From: the human T2T-CHM13v2.0 reference genome, Homo sapiens
Assembly (NCBI RefSeq): GCF_009914755.1
Contig: NC_060925.1
Strand: one strand, 5' to 3'
Length of the DNA stretch: 64,000 nt
Shown here one piece after another: positions 51,305 to 64,000 of the stretch. Both the position numbers and the translations under genes were made by a program. Under the pieces are notes generated by a model. It was given only the letters and a program-made list of their open reading frames with translations. It did not search any database and was not told the origin of the DNA. Position 1 is the stretch's first letter; every line of letters starts with the position of its first letter.

Positions 51305-51680
51305 CTATGTCCAACAAATTTATGGAGCCCTCCAGAATGCCAAGCCTCGTGCTAGGCATGGAGGACCTGAAAATGAACAAAACCCAGCTCCTGCTCGTGG
51401 TCACAAAACTCACCCTCAGCTGGGGAAAGAAGACTCACAAATAGTCGAACAAATCCAACAAGGCTTGGAGTGAAGCACCATTTACAGGGTGCTGGGGCGC
51501 TGGCGAGGGCTGCCTAAACTTGCTGAGGGCCAACCTCGAGGAGAGGGGAGGACAGGGAAGGCTTCCTGGAGGAGGTGACTCCTCAGCTGGATGTTGAAGC
51601 TTGAGAAGGAGCCAGCTGAGCGAAAGGGGCTGGGGTGACAGAGGAGGGGTTTCAATGTAAGGTGGCCCCTGGCACAGGTG
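51305..51680 (-). mobile_element. L2 3' region
   Basis: ccaacaaatttatggagc...gggaaggcttcctggaggaggtgac. Confidence 0.7.
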
Positions 51681-51818
51681 CTGTAGTGTGCCCATGGCTT
51701 TCTCAGCTGGTGCTCCCTGGTGTGGGTGTCATGGAAACTCTCCCGAAGGCACATGGAGGTGAAGCAGGGGATGGCCTGGGAGAGCCCGGAGCCCTGTGCA
51801 GCATAAAGGATGTGAGGG

Positions 51819-52370
51819 TTTTACTGGAAAGGGGTCCCAATCCAGACCCCAAGAGAGAGTTCTTGGATCTCATGCAAGAAAGAGTTGAGGGCAAGTCCAT
51901 AAAGTAAAAGCAGGTTTATTAAGAAAGTAAAGGAATAAAATAATGGCTATTCTATAGGCAGAGCAGCCCCGAGGGCTGCTGGTTGCCCATTTTTATGACT
52001 ATTTCTTGATTACATGCTAAGCAAAGGGGTGGATTATTCATGCCTCCCTTTTAGACCATATAGTGTAACTTTCTGACGTTGCCATGGCATTTGCAAACTG
52101 TCATGGCGCTGTTGGGAGTGGAGCAGTGAGGATGACCAGAGGCCACTCACGTTGCCATCTTGGTTTTGGTGGGTTTTGACTGACAGGCTTCTTTACTGCA
52201 AGCTGTTTTATCAGCAAGGTCTTTATGACCTGTGTCTTGTGCCGACCTTTGATCTCACCCTGTGACTTAGAATGCCTTAACCATCTGGGAATGCAGCCCA
52301 GTAGGTGTCAGCCTTATTTCACTCACCTCCTATTCAAGATGGAGTTGCTCTGGTTCAAACGCCTCTGACA
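51819..52370 (-). mobile_element. MER41A-type solo LTR (ERV1)
   Basis: Minus strand begins tgtcagaggcgtttgaaccagagcaactccatcttgaatagg; lacks the tandem GAS segment typical of MER41B. Confidence 0.88.
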
Positions 52371-53019
52371 GTAGGAGCTAAAGGTGAACTGAGGGCAACC
52401 TCCCTGGGCTTCAGCAGGAAGGGACAACACTGGGAAGAGAGAAGGAAAGGAAGCTGCCACCACAAAGCACAGACCTCGTACTTTGTGCTGGATTTGACCC
52501 TTTGTGCCTGCAGGACAATGCCAGGCTATTTTACTTTTGCCCCTTTCTTGGGAGCACTTCTCATCAGTTCCCTTCTGTGGCTGGTTAGTGCCCTGTGCGG
52601 GGCCTGGGGCTTCTATTTCTTCTATTTTTACTAGAGCAGCTTATTCAGGCTCTGCACGTAGGAGGGGCTTAATGAAGGGTGCCTTCGGTTGAGACACAGG
52701 GATCTAGTCGGGGTTTCCAGAAAATCTGCCTGGGCACTCACACTTCTCTAAAATGTCCTCTTGGCCCCGGGAGCCAGGGGGTTGTAGTGGGAATCTGGGG
52801 CCCTCGGTCCTAAGCATGGAAGCTTGGGTAAGCCTGAGAACCTTTCTGGGTCAAGGCTTCCTCATCTGTGAGCCTGGGGTGGGGCATTTGGCAGCTCTTT
52901 GAAGCGGGATACTTTGTAGGTACCTCCTTACCCCACCCTTCTTCTCACGATGTCAGCTCATCTGCAATGCCCTGTCTTGGGTTTTCGTTGGCCACCAGTG
53001 CCATTGTGGGAAGGTGTGA

Positions 53020-53454
<435 letters not shown>

Positions 53455-53895
53455 TAGCATCGATCGATCAGCCCAGTGTGGCCAACCAGCTCTGCTAGAG
53501 GAAGGATTCTTGGCTTCCGTAGACCCAGCAGGGACCCACTCTCTAGTGTGTGCAGGGGGAGGGAAGAAAGGGAAGGAGAGAGGCAGGGAACGCTTGAGGG
53601 AGTGAAGAAGTGGATGACTATGGGCTATGCTGCTTAATAAATCCGCTGCCAGACTTTAGCCTTCACCCCACGAAGGCCTGTCTCTCACATTATATGTTCA
53701 GTGTGGTTTAGAGGGGATGGGGCTGTTTTGTCCAGCATAAAGGCCAAAGACCCAGACCCTTGGGGGCTCCATCATCCTGTGGCTGCAGCACCTGGAAATG
53801 AGACTCCCAGGGTCACTGCAGCAGGGATGAGAGAAGGGAAGACCACACACTGGCTTCCTTGTGTTTCAGCTGGAAGTGAAAGTGACTCCTGTTAC

Positions 53896-54198
53896 TTTTT
53901 TTTTTTTTTTTGAGACAGAGTCTCACTCTGTCACCCAGGCTGGAGTGCAGTGGCGCAATCTCGCTCACTGCAACCTCCACCTCCCTGGTTCAAGCGATTA
54001 TCCTGCCACAGCCCCCTGAGTAGCTCGGATGGCAGGCATGCACCACCATGCCCAACTAGGTTTTTTTTGTGTGTGTTTTTAGTAGAGACAGGGTTTCTCC
54101 ATGTTGGCCAGGCTGGTCTTGAACTCCTGACCTCAGGCGATCTGCCCACCTCAGCCTCCCAAAGTGCTGGGATTACAGGCGTGAGCTACCGCACCCAG
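53896..54198 (-). mobile_element. AluS-like
   Basis: TSD ctcctgtta. Confidence 0.93.
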
Positions 54199-54860
54199 TC
54201 TTCTCCTGTTATTTTCACTTGCAGCCTTTTGGCCAGACAAGTCACATGGCCCTGAGGCGGGTGCTGGAAAACGTGGAGGAGGGGTGGCTTTGGTCGCTGG
54301 ACACACATCTCTGCCACGGTGATTGACGGAGGCTGTGAAAGGACAATCTGAGTGAAGAAGTGAATGAGGTGAGAGGTGAATGAATGAAAGAGTGAGCGGA
54401 GGGTGCGAGGGCTCATTTCCCAGCCTGGGAGCCTCTCAGGACGGGCCGAGTCCCAAGGTTCCCGGTAGCTGCACAGAGCATCCCTCCCCTGGGGGCCGTG
54501 TCAGCCACAGTCCAACTGTCACCTCCGGAATTACATTTCAAAAACTCGTTTTGAGAGAGACAAGCTGGGCCCTGGGGGGCTGTATCTCTGTGTCCTTGTC
54601 CTTGGGAGGTGGAGAAAGGAAAAGGGGAGGAGGAGGAGGAGCAGCGGGAGGGACGGGCCAGGCTGCAGAAAGCAATTAGTGGAAAATGGGAAATTACTTT
54701 CTCTGTGTGTTTGGCATCACCGCCCTTCCCCAGCGGCTTCAGTCAGGTTGTGCTGGGCGCCAGGCAGGTGTAGCCTTGGCCAGGGATCCACTAGAGCTAG
54801 TGGGGACCGAGGGCCTGGGATGAATCAAGGAGGGCTGGCCCCAGAGTCCTGCACGTACAC

Positions 54861-55166
54861 TTTTTTTTGTTTTTTGTTTTTTTTTGAGATGGAGTCTCAC
54901 TCTGTTGCCCAGGCTGGAGTCCAGTGGTGCAATCACAGCTCACTGCAACCTCCGCCTCCCAGGTTCAAAAGATTCTCTCACCTTGGCTTCCTGAGTAGCT
55001 GGGATTACAGGCGTGCACCACCACGCCCAGCAAATTTTTGTATTTTTAGTAGAGACGGGGTTTCACCATGTTGGCCAGACTAGTCTCAAACTCCTGACCT
55101 CAAGTGATCCGCCCGCCTCAGCCTCCCAAAGTGCTAGGATTACAGGCATGAGCCACTGCGCCAGGC
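54861..55166 (-). mobile_element. AluS-like
   Basis: Antisense Alu; tacactt on both flanks. Confidence 0.93.
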
Positions 55167-55916
55167 CTACACTTGGTTTTATCAAAAGAAGGAATGAGGT
55201 ACCATTTCATCTTAGGCATCGCTGTGGTGCCAGCACGTGCTTGGATTCTTAGCTGGGGTCCATCCCTCCCAAATTAGAGCCTGAGACAAGTGCTTGAGCA
55301 CAGGTAGTTAAATTGGGAAGCAGGCTTGGGTGAGGGTATGGGTCGGGGGCGGTGAGGAGGGCCAGGGAAGGAGGAGAAGACATTCAAGGCTGCCATACTG
55401 AGGTTACTGCCGTGGTCCACAGGTGCTGATTCCACAGGGACTTCCTGAGAAGGGCGGAGTGGCTCCCAGCGGACAGGAAGTATGTGATGGCTCCCTTCCC
55501 CATTGGCCGAGGGTCTCTTGGGGGTGTTGACTCCCCTGCGTTCTGGGCTGCATTTGCCTTGAGGGGGTCTTGACCCACAGCGCATGGAGGCAGGAGGTTG
55601 CTGTTCTCTGCTGCCTCAGCTGACATCACCGGTGGGCTCTGGGGAGGTGGCCCTGGGGTACCGGAAGCATGTGCCACACAGGGGCAGGGCAACCCTGGAG
55701 GGGTGGAGCCGGGGACCCCCCGATGGGTGCCAGTCCCACTGACATCTTTCTCCACTCCCCGTTCTACTTCCACAGTTAGAGACCGCCTGAGAACAGGAAA
55801 CTTACCTCCTCTATTTCTGGGTTCCCAGTGTCCTGCCCAGAGCCCATCATGTGGCAGAAGCTCAGGACACAAATGTCAGGGGCAGAAGACTAAGTCCTTG
55901 CTCTGGGCAGGGGTCA

Positions 55917-56745
<829 letters not shown>

Positions 56746-56799
56746 GGGAGTGTATTTTTGCATTGGTTATAGACTACATTGTATCCATGATTAAGAATA

Positions 56800-57128
56800 G
56801 GCTGGGCACGGTAGCTCACGCCTGTTATCCCAGCACTTTGGGAGGCTGAGGGAAGCAGATCACCTGAAGTCAGGAGTTCGAGACCAGCCTGACCAACAAG
56901 GCTAAACCCCATTTCTACTAAAAATACAAAAATTAGCTGAGCATGGTGGCACGTGCCTATAGTCCCAGCTACTCAGAAGGCTGAGGCAGGAGAATCAGTT
57001 GAACCCAGGTGGCAGAGGTTGCAGTGAGCCAAGATAGTGCCACTGCATTCCAGCCTGGGCAACAGAATGAGACTCTGTCCATCCCCGCCCTACCCCCTTA
57101 CCACAAAAAAAAAAAAAAAAAAAAAGAA
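56800..57128 (+). mobile_element. AluS-like with a C-rich insert before the tail
   Basis: TSD aagaata. Confidence 0.93.
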
Positions 57129-58139
57129 TAAAGGAATTCATGAGAGTGGGTCCAAATCCAATAAGATGGCTGTCCTCATAAGAAAAGGAAGAGACACCAG
57201 GGGTGCATGCACATGGAGGAAAGCCCCTGGGACTTAGCCTCCTGGGTTTCATCTCTGGCTCTGGTATAGTGATCTCTGAAAGTGCTGATCCTCTGTTTAC
57301 CTTGATGCGTGGGGAAGATGCCACCGTAGTCGGAGTTAGGATTGTAGATGGGTAGAGGAGATCTCCCAATATTTGTTTTGTGTCCTGCTTCTCTCCCTTA
57401 TTCTGACAAATCACGACCCAGATTGGATCATGTACCCTTGCCCTCTTTTGGAGAATTGCTCTTTCCTCACGCCTTCCTCACTCCATCTGCTTCTTCTAGA
57501 GGGGCTGCCAATCACATTATCCTGTAACCCTGTGCCTCAGCCACAGTCACACAGTGATTGGCCCAGGGAAGGACACGTGACCAAGCTGGGCCAATTGGAA
57601 TCCTTCCCTGGGACTGTACACATGAAAACGTGGTAAAACGGAAGCCACCTTCTCCCTTTGGACTTTGAATGGGAAGGGTGATTCTGAAGTGCCAATGACC
57701 ATGTCTCCCCAAGTCACGTGGCTGCCCAGACAGAAGATAAAAGGGGAACAAGTTCCTGGTGCTCTCTGTGGGGTGACCCTGCTGGGGCAGCTTCCTTCCC
57801 AGGATGCTGATGGCAGGCCCAGGACGGTCTGGCCTTTTCAATATGCTGTTGTGATTGTGGCCTGTTCTAATTTAGGCAGTCTGGCTGTCATAAACAAAGT
57901 CTGACTGCTTGGCAGGTGGAAAGGTTAGATTTGCATGAAGTGGCTTGTGTCAATCCCAGTTCTTCTCTGTTACTATTGCTCGCCTCTGACGTCACAGGTT
58001 TAGGCCTGGTTGTGACACTGGCCATCTGGCTCCCTGGACCCCTCTCTTCCTTTGGGCCTGAGCTGGGCCCTACCCTGCTCTCCAGACTTCTAGGCAGGAT
58101 GCTCCTCTGACCTTCACAGGACCTCCCTTCCTCTAGCCT

Positions 58140-58695
<556 letters not shown>

Positions 58696-58949
58696 GACTC
58701 TAGGCCATCAGGAAAGCAGCCTGAGGCCTGCAAAAGCCCGGGTGATTTTGGCCTTTTCATTTCAGCCAAGCCTCTCATTTTCATTAGAATGGTATCATGT
58801 GTTTATTACTTTAGATCTGACATCCGAGCTTGGCAGTTAGCTCTCAGGCCGGAGGACATGAAGGCAAGGTCCAGAAGCCAACAGCTCCTCACCCTGTGGG
58901 AGGCAGTGGGGGGGACCATGGAGGGGTGGGGGGATTCTTCGTTTTTACG

Positions 58950-59380
58950 TTTTTGAGGGGAATCATTTTCGATTTACAGAAAAGTTGCCAAGATAGTACA
59001 GAGTTCCTGTACACCCTTCATCCAGCTTCCTTTAATGGCAATATCTTAGTAAAGTAAGGAATTAGCGTTCCTACGGTGCTATTAATAAAACTTCAGACTT
59101 TATTCATGTTTCAACAGGTTTTCCACTAACGTCCTTTTTCAGATGCGGGATCAAATCCAGGCTGCCACATTGCATTTAGGGGTCTTGATTTTTTTTTTTC
59201 TTTTTGCCCAGTTTCATAAAATAGGAGCAAGGCCTTGATTTTTAAATAAATAAATACATCTCTCTTCTGTCTATAAAACAACTTTATTGAGGTATCATCA
59301 ACATGCATTGAATTGCACACATATAAAGTATACATTTTGATATGTTTGACTGTGTATATTTCTGTGAAACCATCACATGG
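58950..59380 (-). mobile_element. Two L1M 3' end fragments
   Basis: gatttacagaaaagttgc...cacattgcattt and aactttattgaggta...gtgaaaccatcac. Confidence 0.65.
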
Positions 59381-59482
59381 TATGTATTTTAGCTAAGCTA
59401 CAAAATAACAAATAGCCAAACCTGTGTAGACTTTACTAAATCCAAGCAGTGTTCTACACACTTTACACGAGTGAATGTTTTT

Positions 59483-59815
59483 GGCTAGATGCAGTGGCTC
59501 ACACCTGTAATCCCAGCACTTTGGGAGAATGAGGTGCGTGAATCACCTGTGGTCGGGAGTTTGAGACCAGCCTGGGCAATGTGTTGAAACCCCGTCTCTG
59601 CTAAAAATACAAAAAGTTAGCTGGGCGTGGTGGCACATGCCTATAATCCTAGGAGAGACTGGGATCTCAGGAGACTGAGGCACGAGAATTGTTTGAAGCC
59701 GGGAGGCGGAGGTTGCAGTCAGCCGAGGTTGAGCCACTGCACTCCAGCCTGGGCAACAAAGTAAGACTCTATCAAAAACAAAACAAAACAAACAACAACA
59801 ACAACAACAAAAACA
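59483..59815 (+). mobile_element. AluS-like with (CAA)n tail
   Basis: TSD gagtgaatgtttt. Confidence 0.93.
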
Positions 59816-59845
59816 GAGTGAATGTTTTTATTCCTTATAACAACC

Positions 59846-60580
59846 TGTGGCAGATGAGATTACTGCTGCCATTTCTTTACTCCCTGGTATAGAATTCTAT
59901 ACCTATACCCTCTGCCATGTGACTTGGCAGGAGCTCCCTTTAGAGTAGGGAGAGTATATTTCCCCACCTGCTATGGACTAAATTGGGTCCATAATTAAGA
60001 TTAAATGAGGTCATAAGGGTGGGGGCCTAATCCTCTAAGAAAAGGAAGAGACACCAGGGGTGGATGTACACAGAGGAAAGGCCATATGTAGGCACAGAAA
60101 GAAGGTGGCCGTCTGCAAGCCAGGAAGAGAGCCCTCACTGAAAACCAACTTTGACAGCACCTTGATTGCAGACATCCAGCCTCCAGAACTGTAAATAAAT
60201 TTCTGTTATTTAAGCCACCTAGTCTGTGGTGTTCTGTCATGACAGCCCAAGTAGATTAATACACACCCCTACTGATATTGGGTTTGACCATGCAACTTGT
60301 TTTGGCCAATGATATGTTAGGAGGCATGATGCTTGCAAAGATTTTAATGTGCTTGGTAGATTTGACTCACCCTCCTATGAGAATTCTGTGATTCTCTGTG
60401 AGAAAGAGAGACCCAACTTGTGGCCTTGAACCCAACTTGTGGCCTGGAGCCAAGACTGGACCAGGCCCAGTCCGATCCTGGCCAGACCCTGGAGAGGCAC
60501 AGCTGATCCACAGATCCATGAGAAAGAAAATGAATACAGAGGTTATAAGCCACTGAGATTTTGAGATTGTTTGTTATGGA
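59846..60580 (+). mobile_element. Old MLT1 (H/J-like) LTR with a nested MLT1A-like LTR at about 59969-60263
   Basis: Nested tgctatggact...gattaataca; outer element ends aagccactgagattttgagattgtttgtta. Confidence 0.75.
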
Positions 60581-60600
60581 TTAAAAAAAAGAAACCCGAA

Positions 60601-60899
<299 letters not shown>

Positions 60900-60919
60900 C
60901 ACCCAAAAACTGACTAATA

Positions 60920-61065
60920 ATCTATGAGTTGAGATACTATTGTTATCCCACACTTTATCAGCGAGGCAGTTTAGGCATGGAGAGGTTAAGTGACTTGCCC
61001 AAGGTCACACAGCTGGTGAGTGCTATATCCAGGACACAAACCCAGGCAGTCTGGCTCCAGCGTTC
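60920..61065 (-). mobile_element. MIR
   Basis: gagaggttaagtgacttgcccaaggtcacacagct. Confidence 0.85.
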
Positions 61066-61998
61066 ATGCTTACAACTGGTTCTTGTATGAGCAGAGTTCT
61101 TCACCATTCATTGATCCAGTGATTTAATGAATTCATTCTTCGGCTTGTTAGTTCATCAAACATTTACACGAAGTAGTTTCCCCCATTAATTTCTCTCATA
61201 ACATCCCCATCTTTTTCTTCTTAGCATTTATCAATGGTTGTCATGTCTAGGAATCTATTTCTATGCTGGTGGATCTGCCCTCTGGTTAGAGTTTATGCTC
61301 TAGGAGGGCAGGGACTGTATCGTTTTTGTTCCCACAGTATATCCATCAGTAGCAGTCCATAACTGCTTGTTGAATAAAACAGAGTTAGTTGTTAAATGCC
61401 AGCCCTGGCTACATATTGGGAACACAGCAATAAGGCATGTTATCTGTCTGGAGGGCGGGTGGAGGAGCGGACAGGCATCTGATCCCCAAACATCATGCTA
61501 AGGAGCTTGGCCTTTACTTGCAGGGCATGGGGAGCGGTCAGTTGCAGGTTCCTGGATGTGTCTGAGCTGACACCACAGGCACTTTTTTTAGGTTGTGTAA
61601 AGAGTATTTATACTTCGGAAAAGGGTGCCCGGCAAAAGTCCTGTCCAGCTCTGAGACTTGCTGATTGCTCTGAGTAGGGTGCCCAGAGCAGGAGGCAGAC
61701 AGAAGTGGAGAAGGAACTGGGTGGCTGTAGCAGAATTTATGTGAGCTGGGGCAGAGGCGGGGGTCGTTGGCAGCAAAGGGAAGAAGCCAGTAGGGCAGAT
61801 ATTGAAAAGAAAGACGACATGAGCCTACCGAAAAAGTAGGAGGTGCGAAGGAGAGAGGGCTGCGCCAGAGGGGCATCCAAATTTAAGCAAGAGGTTGCCC
61901 GGAATGCCCCGAGCACCGCATCTGGCCCAGGGCAGAGGAATTGCTCAATACATGGTCATTGTTGTTGGGGTTGTGGATGATTCAGTGGAAGACTGTAG

Positions 61999-62450
<452 letters not shown>

Positions 62451-62451
62451 T

Positions 62452-62625
62452 ATTTTATTTTATTGTGACAAAATATACATAGCATAAAATTTACCATTTT
62501 AACCATTCTTAAGTGTACAATTCAGTGGCGTTTAATACATACACACTGTCGTGCAGCCATCACCACCATCCAGTTCCAGAACTTTTTCATCACCAGACAG
62601 AAACTCCATTCCTCTTAAGCAATCA
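62452..62625 (-). mobile_element. L1MB-like 3' end
   Basis: cataaaatttaccattttaaccatt...ttccagaactttttcatcacc. Confidence 0.8.
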
Positions 62626-63227
62626 CCGCTCATTACCGGGTGGAATTGATGGGTAACTATGTTTTGCCATCAATTTGCTGTGTGCGTTTGGTGAAGTCAC
62701 TTCCACTCTCAGAAGCTAGTTCTTTCCTTATAACTTTAAAATGGAGGTTTCTTTTGATTTTGCTAGGCTGAAAAAGCTAGGTGGACGGATGATGTCTCTG
62801 AAAGATAAAAACGTTGAGTGCGTGTGGAGGGCCGAGTCAGCCTGAGGGGGTGGGGGGAGAGGAATGGTGACAAAAGAGGAGCTGGCAAAGGAAACAGATG
62901 AAGAGTGGGGTGAGAAGGAAGAACATCTTCTTTGGGATTGGGAGAAAGGTTAGGAAAAGGGGGAAGAAGAGAAAAAGAAGAGGCTGACACAAAGGAATGC
63001 TCAAAACCAGGCTGTTAATGTGATTTCATGAGATGAGGTTGGGATCCAGCATAAAATCCAGGGTGACAGCCAGTGGCCTCAACCTCTCCGGAGCAGGAAT
63101 CATGTGGCAGGAACGGAGGGCACCAGCTGCCTGTGAGGGCGGGCTGGGGACTGGACAGGAGGCTGGGACAGATGTAGCTGGGTGTGCCAGGGTCAAATTA
63201 GGAGAAATAAAAGGACTGCTAAGCTAG

Positions 63228-63972
<745 letters not shown>

Positions 63973-64000
63973 TGAAATTTACAGGTTTGTTTTATTTTTA

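Noticed and set aside
51819-52370. MER41 as an interferon-gamma-inducible STAT1 enhancer
   Set aside because: This copy lacks the TTCnnnGAA-bearing segment found in MER41B

Overview
Primate (probably human) non-coding genomic DNA. I find no protein-coding gene, RNA gene or CpG island that I can support; the listed ORFs trace to Alus, simple repeats or chance in GC-rich sequence. The window holds about 49 Alus (roughly a quarter of it), many MIR/L2 relics, MaLR LTRs (THE1, MST, MLT1), a MER41A-type and an LTR16-like LTR, L1M 3' ends and a MER33-like hAT element. Repeat subfamily names come from recalled consensus sequences, not from a database run. I cannot identify the locus, and I see no evidence for a novel gene system. 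Three signals stand out. (1) A series of short local templated duplications or insertions (29-440 bp, 0.06-4 kb apart, direct and inverted), several spanning repeat junctions so independent insertion cannot explain them. (2) AT-rich, enhancer-like unique islands with about ten PBX-HOX sites (TGATTTAY), plus a cluster of five RFX X-box palindromes at 47 kb and CTCF motifs. (3) Unusual tandem repeats, including a 16-bp array that reads as repeated 5' splice donors on the minus strand.
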